Positions 43,522 through 56,128 of a stretch of 64,000 bases of DNA are shown in pieces. Positions within the stretch are counted from its first letter, which is position 1. Every line of letters starts with the position of its first letter. Below the pieces are notes generated by a model. The model was not told the origin of the DNA, did not search any database, and saw only the letters and a program-made list of their open reading frames with translations. Both the position numbers and the translations under genes were made by a program. Origin of the DNA: Eledone cirrhosa (lineage: Eukaryota). The stretch lies in assembly GCA_964016885.1 (NCBI GenBank), contig OZ024743.1, positions 67,146,001-67,210,000 of the forward strand. Reading direction: 5' to 3'.

Positions 43522-43976
43522 TGGTGGCTGCCAACTCGTTTTCGAGTACGGCCACTCCTTTATATCCATGTAGGAGAACTCCTACCGATGCGCTGAACGA
43601 GTGTGACTTTTTAGTCCAGCCAGCGACTTGAAAACTCTGGTACAAACACTACACTTGTGACAAATATTGACACATAGTGCTGGGCCCATGGTACCCTGTG
43701 ACGACAAGTGCAGAGAGATCGCCAGATATAAAGCAATGCCTGTGCCGTGAAGCTTTTATAGTGAGCAAAGGCACTGCACAAAGCCAGTCCCACTCTCTTA
43801 ACCAAGATGATATTTACCAAAAAGAAGAACAAGTCAACATCATTGGATACCATCAGAGTTGCAGGTGTTATATCAGAGTTTTCCTTCTCCTAGAATTCTG
43901 CCTTGACAAAGGCTAAATGGTCATCTCTCCCGGTGATTTTGGATGGCCATTGACTCTTAAGAGCTCCTTTGCCCTT

Positions 43977-43977
<1 letters not shown>
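43522..43977 (-). mobile_element. Non-autonomous RTE-derived element, 5'-truncated copy
   Basis: Near-identical to 44198-44653; the right part matches the RTE 5' UTR at ~62020-62140; the left part encodes a C2H2 remnant. Confidence 0.8.
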
Positions 43978-44015
<38 letters not shown>

Positions 44016-44116
44016 TACACACTTTGATATATATATATATATATATACACATATATATATATATATATACACATATATACACACATATATATATATATAC
44101 ACATATATATACACTT

Positions 44117-44190
<74 letters not shown>

Positions 44191-44197
44191 TTATATA

Positions 44198-45281
44198 TGG
44201 TGGCTGCCAACTCGTTTTCGAGTACGGCCACTACTTTATATCCATGTAGGAGAACCCCTACCGAAGCGCTGAACGAGTGTGACTTTTTAGTCCAGCCAGC
44301 GACTTGAAAACTCTGGTACAAGCACTACACTTGTGACAATTATTGACACATAGTGCTGGGCCCATGGTACCATGTAACGACAAGTGCAGAGAGATCTCCA
44401 GATATAAAGCAATGCCTGTGCCGTGAAGCTTTTATAGTGAGCAAAGGCACTGCACAAAGCCAGTCCCACTCTCTTAACCAAGATGATATTTACCAAAAAG
44501 AAGAACAAGTCAACATCATTGGATACCATCAGGGTTGCAGGTGTTATATCAGAGTTTTCCTTCTCCTAGAATTCTGCCTTGACAAAGGCTAAAGGGTCAT
44601 CTCTCCCGGTGATTTTGGATGGCCATTGACTCTTAAGAGCTCCTTTGCCCTTTGACAGGTTTTGTTTTTAGTCCTGCAGGATGTCCAAAGTCACCCTCCT
44701 CACCAAGAAACCTTGGTGGGGTTGCCAGTTTAGTCGCCAACGACCCGACCATGAGACAGGTTGTACTGGGATACATGTTACCAGTAGCACCAACTGGTGA
44801 CCTGACATTTCTGCCTTGACAAAGGCTAAGGGGTCATCTCTCCCACTGATTTTGGATGGCCATTGACTCTTAAGAGCTCCTTTGCCCTTTGACAGGTTTT
44901 GTTTTTAGTCCTGCAGGATGTCCAAAGTCACCCTCCTCACCAAGAAACCTTGGTGGGGTTGCCAGTTTAGTCGCCAACGACCCGACCATGAGACAGGTTG
45001 TACTGGGATACATGTTACCAGTAGCACCAACTGGTGACCTGACATTTCTGCCTTGACAAAGGCTAAGGGGTCATCTCTCCCACTGATTTTGGATGGCCAT
45101 TGACTCTTAAGAGCTCCTTTGCCCTTTGACAGGTTTTGTTTTTAGTCCTGCAGGATGTCCAAAGTCACCCTCCTCACCAAGAAACCTTGGTGGGGTTGCC
45201 AGTTTAGTCGCCAACGACCCGACCATGAGACAGGTTGTACTGGGATACATGTTACCAGTAGCACCAAGTGGTGACCTGACC
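44198..45281 (-). mobile_element. Non-autonomous RTE-derived element with three tandem 237-bp 5' units
   Basis: TTCTGCCTTGAC at 44572, 44809 and 45046; the unit is the reverse complement of ~61877-62104. Confidence 0.85.
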
Positions 45282-45399
45282 ATATTTATATATACATGTA
45301 TATATATATACACATATATATATATATACCCACACATATATATATATACATATATATATACATATATACATGTATTTTTATATATATATATACATATAT

Positions 45400-45446
<47 letters not shown>

Positions 45447-45699
45447 TACATACACAATTATACATCCACCCGACATATATGTATATATATATATATCGTG
45501 GCCATGTTAATATTCACCTAAAAGTTTCCTTTAGAAGGCACGAAATTACTTTTTTTCCGTCTCTAGGTTTAATTTTCTATTCCACTATGTCTCTATCTCA
45601 CATTTTATCCTGTCAATCTACTCCATACCTCTCACACACAGGAAAGATCGTGTGTATTAACACAGACAGAAACACACATGCATACAGAAACTTGCATAC

Positions 45700-45750
<51 letters not shown>

Positions 45751-46369
45751 TAAATATATTTAAAACATCAAAAGAGTTGCGATATCTTCGCAACAATACT
45801 CCCTTTAAATCCTAAATGATCCACATTATCACCCATACTCACCAACCCACAATATCTCTTGCTCCCCCCAAACCTAACTACTGCAATCATACGACAGACA
45901 ATTTTCCAATTTTTTCCCACACCCGTATCAATCAGGACTACAACACATTTGTATGAAAACGAAGAAAACAAAAACACATTTACAAACTTCAAAAAATGTC
46001 CACGAAACAAATTTCACCAGGAAACAGGTTTTCAGAATTGAACAACAACGCAATTACCAAAATAGACACTGTAGTACATGCGGGGAATAAAATAATTATA
46101 GATACATCTAAAAAATATACACTACATAGCGCCATTAAAACCCATACAACCCCTTGTAAACACCCGAAATAGCTAATTTCATAAAAGCAAGCGACATCCC
46201 TAAACATAATAAACTAACGCTACACAGTATAGTAATGAAACACAGTAAGGCATAACACGACTAAATAAGGAACTAACAATAACAATAACAAAAGAGAAAA
46301 CAAGAAAATAGGAAACATTTGCTTATAACTCAAAATATAAAACTGACAACAAACCGTTATAAAGAGTAG

Positions 46370-47160
46370 TTAGTAACAACAGCAACAACATCAGTCATAC
46401 CGCAATAACAACAATAGTTAGAGCACAATAACAACAGTTACAGTATACCAACAACAGTTATATCACAACAACAACAACAACAACATCACAACAACAACAT
46501 TTAGAGCACAATAACAACAACAACATCAACAACAACAATAGTTAGAGCACAATAACAACAACACAGTTACAGCACAACAACACCATCAACAGTTACAGCA
46601 CAACAACAACAGTTACATCACAACAGCATCAACAACAGTTACAGCACAACAACATAAACAACAACAACAGTTAGAGCACAATACCAACAACACAGTTACA
46701 GCACAACAACACCATCAACAGTTACAGCACAACAACAACATCAACAGTTACATCACAACAGCATCAACAACAGTTACAGCACAACAACAACAACAGTTAC
46801 AACACAACAACAACAACAACAGTTACAGCACAACAACATCAACAGCACAACAGCACAACAGCATCAACAACAGTTACAGCACAACAACAACAACAACAAC
46901 AGTTACAGCACAACAACAACAACAACAGTTACAGCACAACAACATCAACAACAGTTACAGCACAACAACAACAACAACCGTTACAGCACAATAACAACAT
47001 CAACTGTTACAGCACAACAACAACAACAGTTACAGCACAACAACACCAACAACAGTTACAGCACAACAACAACAACAGTTACATCGCAATAACAACAACA
47101 ACAGTTACTGCACAACAACAGTTACAGAACAACAACAACACACCACAATAACAACAACAA
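46370..47160. repeat. AAC-based minisatellite (ACAACAGTTACAGCACAAC)
   Basis: Directly visible. Confidence 0.88.
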
Positions 47161-47249
47161 TAGAAATTGTCACAACACACTATGTCACAACAACCACAAC
47201 GTTCATATTATATTCTATATCACAACACAATAATAGAAATATCAGTCAC

Positions 47250-50090
47250 CCCACAACTCTTGTCACAATAACAACATCAGTTGTCATAGCACAACTCTTG
47301 TCACAATAACAACATCAGTTGTCACAGTACAACACTTGTCACAATAACAACATCAGTTGTCATAGTACAACTCTTGTCACAATAACAACATCAGTTGTCA
47401 TAGTACAACTCTTGTCACAATAACAACATCAGTTGTCACAGTACAACTGTTGTCACAATAACAACAACATCAGTTGTCATAGTACAACACTTGTCACAAT
47501 AACAACAACATCAGTTGTCATAGTACAACTCTTGTCACAATAACAACAACATCAGTTGTCACAGTACAACTCTTGTCACAATAACAACATCAGTTGTCAT
47601 AGGACAACACTTGTCACAATAACAACAGCATCAGTTGTCACAGTACAACTCTTGTCACAATAACAACATCAGTTGTCACAGTACAACTCTTGTCACAATA
47701 ACAACATCAGTTGTCATAGTACAACATTTGTCATAATAACAACAACATCAGTTGTCACAGTACAACACTTGTCACAATAACAACAACATCAGTTGTCATA
47801 GTACAACTCTTGTCACAATAACAACATCAGTTGTCATAGTACAACTCTTGTCACAATAACAACATCAGTTGTCATAGTACAACACTTGTCACAATAACAA
47901 CAACATCAGTTGTCACAGTACAACTCTTGTCACAATAACAACATCAGTTGTCATAGTACAACACTTGTCACAATAACAACAACATCAGTTGTCACAGTAC
48001 AACACTTGTCACAATGACAACAACATCAGTTGTCACAGTACAACTCTTGTCACAACAACAACATCAGTTGTCATAGTACAACACTTGTCACAATAACAAC
48101 AACATCAGTTGTCATAGTACAACACTTGTCACAATAACAACATCAGTTGTCATAGTACAACACTTGTCACAATAACAACATCAGTTGTCATAGTACAACA
48201 CTTGTCACAATAACAACAACATCAGTTGTCATAGTACAACACTTGTCACAATAACAACAACATCAGTTGTCATAGTACAACACTTGTCACAATAACAACA
48301 ACATCAGTTGTCACAGTACAACTCTTGTCACAATAACAACATCAGTTGTCACAGTACAACACTTGTCACAATAACAACAACATCAGTTGTCATAGTACAA
48401 CACTTGTCACAACAACAACATCAGTTGTCATAGCACAACTCTTGTCACAATAACAACATCAGTTGTCACAGTACAACACTTGTCACCATAACAACATCAG
48501 TTGTCATAGTACAACTCTTGTCACAATAACAACATCAGTTGTCATAGTACAACACTTGTCACAATAACAACAACATCAGTTGTCATAGTACAACACTTGT
48601 CACAATAACAACAACATCAGTTGTCATAGTACAACACTTGTCACAATAACAACAACATCAGTTGTCACAGTACAACTCTTGTCACAATAACAACATCAGT
48701 TGTCATAGTACAACACTTGTCACAATAACAACATCAGTTGTCATAGTACAACACTTGTCACAATAACAACAACATCAGTTGTCATAGTACAACACTTGTC
48801 ACAATAACAACATCAGTTGTCATAGTACAACACTTGTACTGTGACAACTGATGTTGTTGTTATTGTGACAACTCTTGTCACAATAACAACATCAGTTGTC
48901 ATAGTACAACACTTGTCACAATAACAACATCAGTTGTCATAGTACAACACTTGTCACAATAACAACAACATCAGTTGTCATAGTACAACACTTGTCACAA
49001 TAACAACATCAGTTGTCATAGTACAACACTTGTCACAATAACAACAACATCAGTTGTCACAGTACAACTCTTGTCACAATAACAACATCAGTTGTCATAG
49101 TACAACACTTGTCACAATAACAACAACATCAGTTGTCATAGTACAACTCTTGTCACAATAACAACAACATCAGTTGTCATAGTACAACACTTGTCACAAT
49201 AACAACATCAGTTGTCATAGTACAACACTTGTCACAATAACAACAACATCAGTTGTCACAGTACAACACTTGTCACAATAACAACAACATCAGTTGTCAC
49301 AGTACAACTCTTGTCACAATAACAACATCAGTTGTCATAGTACAACTCTTGTCACAATAACATCAGTTGTCATAGTACAACTCTTGTCACAATAACATCA
49401 GTTGTCATAGTACAACTCTTGTCACAATAACAACAACATCAGTTGTCATAGTACAACACTTGTCACAATAACAACAACATCAGTTGTCACAGTACAACTC
49501 TTGTCACAATAACAACATCAGTTGTCATAGTACAACTCTTGTCACAATAACATCAGTTGTCATAGTACAACTCTTGTCACAATAACATCAGTTGTCATAG
49601 TACAACTCTTGTCACAATAACAACAACATCAGTTGTCATAGTACAACACTTGTCACAATAACAACAACATCAGTTGTCACAGTACAACTCTTGTCACAAT
49701 AACAACATCAGTTGTCATAGTACAACTCTTGTCACAATAACATCAGTTGTCATAGTACAACTCTTGTCACAATAACATCAGTTGTCATAGTACAACTCTT
49801 GTCACAATAACAACAACATCAGTTGTCATAGTACAACACTTGTCACAATAACAACAACATCAGTTGTCACAGTACAACTCTTGTCACAATAACAACATCA
49901 GTTGTCATAGTACAACTCTTGTCACAATAACATCAGTTGTCATAGTACAACTCTTGTCACAATAACATCAGTTGTCATAGTACAACTCTTTTCACAATAA
50001 CAACAACATCAGTTGTCATAGTACAACACTTGTCACAATAACAACAACATCAGTTGTCACAGTACAACTCTTGTCACAATAACAACAACA
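47250..50090. repeat. 35/38/41-bp minisatellite (AGTACAACACTTGTCACAATAACAACATCAGTTGTCAT)
   Basis: Units differ by AAC count; 190-bp higher-order period at the right end; one inverted unit near 48836. Confidence 0.97.
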
Positions 50091-50104
50091 ATATCCCTAT
50101 GAAA

Positions 50105-50520
50105 AACTACTGAGACCACACTCCATATTATAATCACAATAACAACTGTCACACCCCATCACGTGTCACAATTACAACACCAACTGTCACACCACACTCA
50201 CGTCACAATTACCACAGCAACTGACACACCACACCCATTTCACAATTACCACAACAACTGTCACACCACACCCATGTCACAATTACCACAGCAACAGTCG
50301 CACCACACCCATTTCACAATTACTACACCATGTCACAATTACCACAGCAACAGTCACACCACACCCATGTCACAATTACCACAACAACAATCACACAACA
50401 CTGTGATTGATATTGTGACATGAGATGTTGTGTGACAGATACTGTTGTGATTATAATATGTAGTGTGATGTGACTGTTGTAGTTGTAAATGTGACATGTG
50501 ATGTTATGTGACAGCTGGTG
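50105..50520. repeat. GTCACAATTACCAC repeats with an inverted degenerate copy
   Basis: CCATATTATAATCACAATAAC (~50122) versus GTTGTGATTATAATATG (~50444). Confidence 0.65.
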
Positions 50521-51099
50521 TTGTGATATACAATGTTAACACCACACCCCATATCAGAATCATAGCAACATCATCAGTCACACCTCCCCTCCCCCATGTC
50601 ACCACATATGTCATATCAACGACTCTACGACTCATTCAGATGTTTCGAGTCCATTCATTCAAAGATACATGGCGTGTCTTGAGCATTTTAACCCTGGCGG
50701 AGTCTATCTTCTTGTACGGTCTGAACACAAACGATTTATTCAAGAGGATGAGAGAGGCCGAGAGAGAAGTGAGAGGAAGAATCAACAACAGTATTGGACT
50801 GTTGCTTCATTCATCGACTTCTAATAGATAAAAGGCTGAGTTGATCTCGGAGTGTGTTGAACTCAGCGTAGGCAGCCGGAATAAATACCGTAAATATGTT
50901 ATCTGAAGGTTCTAACGATTTTGCCAACATACTGTCACTATGACACATTACAATTCACTCTAGTAGGTGTACACTACACTAGACCACACCGTTGTGTGTC
51001 AGATTGCAGTACACTGTTGCACACAACACAACACTACATTACATTACATGTCTGCTGATGTGTGTAGTATGTTGTAGAAGTGTATATGCAGTGCAGTAC

Positions 51100-52225
51100 A
51101 CTGCACTACATTACACTGTACCACACTATATTACACTACACCACGCCACAGAGCATTGCATTACACTATATTACACCACGTCACACTACATTACACCAGG
51201 CTATACTATACCACACCACATCATAAACCATCACACTGCTTCATACCCCACACCATCCCACTCTACGTCATACCATACTACATCACATTACACCACACCA
51301 CACAATACTACACTACCCCACCCCCACACTATTCCATTCTACTTCATAACATACCACACTATACTATAATACACCACACTACATTTCATTAACCACACCA
51401 CATTTCTACACACCATACTACTTCAGACACTACATTACACCACACTACACCACACACCATAACACCACACTACACTACTTCATACACTACACCACACCAG
51501 ACTACACCACACCACACTACATCACATCACACCATACTACATCACATCACACAACACCATACATTACTACACCACACTACTTCATACACTACACCACACC
51601 AGACTACATTACACCACACCATAACACACTACATCACATCACACCATACATTACTACACCACACCACACCACACTACTTCATACACTACACCACACCACA
51701 CCATAGCACACTACATCACACCATACATTACTATACCATACCACACCACACTACTTCATACACTACACCACACCAGACTACATTACACCACACCACACCA
51801 CCCCATAACACACTACATCACATCACACCATACATTACTACACCACACTACACCATAACACACCATACTATGCTACACCACACCAGACTACTTCATACAC
51901 TACACCACACACCATAATACCATACTATACTACACCACACCACACCGTATTGATGCCATATTTCATTCTCAATATATCCCTCTACCCCTTCCATTTCCAC
52001 CTCCCTCTCACTGCCACTCACTGCAACCACACTCTTTCCATTTCCTCCTCCCTCTCACTGCAACCATACTCCTTCCAACCCCATCCCTCTCACTGTAATC
52101 TTACTCCTTCCATTGCCACCTCCCTCTCACTGCCACTCACTGCAACCATACCCCTTCCATTTCCACCCCTCCCTCTCACTGCAACCACACTCCTTCCATT
52201 GCCTCCTCCCTCTCACTGCAACCAC
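51100..52225. repeat. (CACAC/CACTA) pentamer tract, then ~35-bp CCCTCTCACTGCAACC repeats
   Basis: Directly visible. Confidence 0.85.
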
Positions 52226-52379
52226 CAGTTGAATAAAGAGATTGATAGTGCTGGTTGTCATGACAACAGATGAAGATAAACAACGCAGCCTGTTTGATTT
52301 AGAGTTCTACTACTGACACATAATGTAACAAGACGGGATTGTAGGGGTCAAATAGGGTTAACTATATTGTAGGGCAGGG

Positions 52380-55220
52380 TAGTGGTTAGGGTGGTGGTGG
52401 TGGTGGTGCTGTAGTGATGGTGGAAGTGGGGAAGTAATGGGGGTGGTGATGTAGTGGTGGTGGGGAAGCAATGAGGGTGGTGCCGTTGTGGTGGTGGTGA
52501 TGGAAGGGTGGTGGTGGTGCTGTAGCGGTGGTGATTGTGGGAGTGGGGAAGTAATGGGGGGGGATGTAGTGGTGGGGGGGAAGTAATTAGGGTGGTGTCG
52601 TTGTGGTGGTGGTGCTGTAGTGCTGGTGATAGTGTGGTGGTGGTGCTGTGGTGGTGGTGCTGTAGTTCTGGTGATGATGAGAGTGTGGTGGTGGTAGTAT
52701 AGTGCTGGTGGTGGAAGTGATGTGGTGGTGGGTGTGTGGTGGTGGTTCTGTAGTTGTGGTGCTGGTGGGAGTGTGGTGGTGGTTATAGTGGGGACGTAAT
52801 GGTTGTGGTGATGGTGATGGTGTTGGTGATGTAGTGGTGGTAGTACTGGTGGGAACGTGGTGATGGTGTTGGAGCAGAAGTGGTGGGAGTGTGGTGGTGG
52901 TTCTGGTGGGGAAGTAATGGTAGTGGTACTGTAGTGGTGGTGATGATGGGAGTGCGGTGGTGGTGCCGGTATTGTAATGACGGTAATAGTGGGAGAATGG
53001 TGGTGGTGCTGGTGGTGGTATTGATATGGTGGTGGTGGTTGCGGTGGTGGGGGTGCAGCTGGTGGTAATGGTGGTTATCATTGTTTTTGTTGTTGTTAGT
53101 TGTGGTGGTGGGAATGGTAGTGTTAGTGTTGCTATGTGTAGTGGTGTTGATGATGGTGGGGATGCAATGAATGTGGTGGAGATGGTGTTAGAGGTGTTGG
53201 AAGTAATGGGAGTGAGGGGTGTACGGGTAGGAGGAACATGTTTAGAGTGTGTTGGGAGCAAGGGGGCGTGTTTACAAACTATCAGATTATCAACGCCACC
53301 ACAGAAACACCACCGCCACTTCCACCACCACAAAGCCATCTCCATCGCCATCACCACTAGTAAGCTACATTCACCACCACCGTCACCAACTTCACCGCCA
53401 TCCACCTTTACTAATGTCACCACCACAACTTCCCAACGCCGCCAACACCACCACTAACCATAACAACAACAGCAACCACCACCACAACAACAACCATCAC
53501 CACCACCACCACTACCACCACCACCACTAACGTCACCACAACCATAACAACAACCACCACCACCACAACAACCATCACCACCACCACCACAACAACAACC
53601 ATCACCACCACCACTAACGTCACCACAACCATAACAACAACCACCACCACCAGCACGACAACCAACACCACTACAACAACCATCACCACCACCAACACTA
53701 ACGTCACCACCATCATCATCAATAATAGTTTCTATTTTAGGCAAAAGGCCAGCAATTGGACAGTGTATTACTGGTACTTTATTTTATCGACCCCGTAAGG
53801 ATGAAAGGCAAAGTCAACCTCGACGGGATTTGAACTGACACCACTCACCATCAGTGTTATTGTAACCATCATCATCTCCAGCAATGCCCCCCCCCCCCCC
53901 CTAGTCACCCGTCTACCACAATCACCACCATAAGTACCAGCACCACCACCCACAACAACAACAGCAGTAACACCACCAACAACCATCACCAGCACCAACG
54001 TCACCACCACCACTACCAGCACCACTACCACAACAAGTAAGAAACTATTCCAGCACTATCATCACCAACAATAACAACAACTAAAACAATATCACCACCA
54101 CCAACAACAACGACAACAACACCCGCTTACTCACCAACAACAGCAGCAGCAGCACCACCACCACAACCAACAGCAGCACCCTCAACCCCATCACCTCCAC
54201 CACCAGCAACAACAACAATAAAAACAACAATACCAAGAACAACAACAACAATACAATCACCACCACCAATAACAACACCACCACAAGCACCACCAATACC
54301 ATCACCAGCTCAGACACCACTACCACCACCAATACTATCACCAACACTACCGCCAACACCACCAACACCACCACCGGTACCAGCACCGATAAATCACCAC
54401 CGCCAATACCAACCCTACCATCACCACCACCGCCACCGCCAATACCAGCTCCAATACCAGCAGCACCACCATCAACAATACCAGCTCCAATACCAACACC
54501 ACCACCACCGCCAGTACCAACCCCACCACCACCACCAACAATACCAGCTCCAATACCAACACCACCACCACCGCCAGTACCCCCCCCCCCCCCCCACCAC
54601 CACACCAACAATACCAGCTCCAATACCAACACCACCGCCAGTACCAACCCCACCACCACCAACAACAACAACAATACCAGCACCACCACCACCAGCAACA
54701 GCACCACCACCATCTTTACAACAAACTTCTATCGATTTCTTACTCTGAGTCATGAGAAATATGAAATAAGTAACACATCCAACTACTACTACTACTACTA
54801 CTATTACTCCCAGAACCACTCTCACCACCACTGATACCACTGCTACTACTACTATCACCACCACCATTATCAATACTACTACTGCCACCACCACAACTGC
54901 TACTGCCACTCTCACCACCACTACTAATACCACTACTGCTACTACTACTATCACCACCACCATTATCAATACTACTACTGCCACAACCACAACCGCTACT
55001 GCCACTCTCACCACCACTACTAATACCACTACTGCTACTACTACTATCACCACCACCATTATCAATACTACTACTGCCACAACCACAACCACCACTGCTA
55101 CTATCATCACCACTACTACTATCACTACCACCACTAACAATACTTCTACCTACACCACCACTACTGTAGCTGCTATTACTACCACCACCACCTCTACTAC
55201 TGCCATTACTACTACTATTG
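52380..55220. repeat. (GGT)n then (ACC/ACT)n low-complexity tracts with local 40-100-bp duplications
   Basis: Strand bias flips near 53280; ~90-96-bp units at 54818-55100. Confidence 0.85.
53722..53836 (-). mobile_element. SINE family A, 5'-truncated
   Basis: Tail, core and B-box only. Confidence 0.85.
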
Positions 55221-55264
55221 CTTTATAATATACTAATGGTCTGGTAAGGGTGTTGGAAGTGATG

Positions 55265-55492
55265 GCAGTGGATTTGCAGTAACGGTAGAACGTCGGACAC
55301 CATGCTTCGCAGCATGGAGTTACGACCCTTTTCGTTTTTAGTTCAAATTCCGCCGAGGTTAGCTTTCTCTTTCATCCTTACGGGATCAATAAAATAAAGT
55401 ACCAGTAATAAACCGTGATCGATTTAATAGAATTTCCCCCTCGCTAAAATTGCTGGCCTTGTGCCTAAATCTGAATCCATTATTATTATTAT
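55265..55492 (+). mobile_element. SINE family A, long variant
   Basis: Head, GTTCAAATTCC, core, GATCGATTTAATAGAA insert and (ATT)n tail. Confidence 0.85.
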
Positions 55493-56086
55493 TTGTAATA
55501 GTATTAGTTAGTAGTAGTACAAGTATCAGCAGTAAGGATGTAAGCCTCCGACACCACTGCATTACATTACTACTACTACTACTACTACTACTAATATTAT
55601 CAAAGTGAACAACAACAATAGTAGGACAACCATTATCACTAACGCTACTAGCATCATCATCGTCATCTATTTCTGTAGTAGCAGACCCAGTACCAACACA
55701 TCATCATCGCCAACAGTAGTAGTATTAGCATCAATGTCAATACTACCATTCCCACTATTATTATCATCATCACTAGCAACTGTAACAACAACAACTACGC
55801 GACCCCACTACGCCCAGCACCCACACCCTCACCAAGATTCATTCTTTGCTTAAATCTCTTTAACTACAAATAAGTAAAAGAATGACTTCGACATTGGATC
55901 GAGACTGCTTCCTGTTCTCAGCAATCATCATCTGGTCAACGCCAGCAACAATTAATCGATAAGATATATTATAAAAAGATTTCCATAAATCTAAACTCAT
56001 CCATTATATTGGCCATAAAACTAGTAAAAGGTTTGCTGACGACTCCTATTGACTGGCATAGCTGTGGGGTGAAGGAGTTTCCTTCA

Positions 56087-56128
<42 letters not shown>

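Noticed and set aside
45770-46175. Possible LINE ORF1/gag remnant (CSTCGE in one frame)
   Set aside because: A single short motif followed by a stop, with no supporting context
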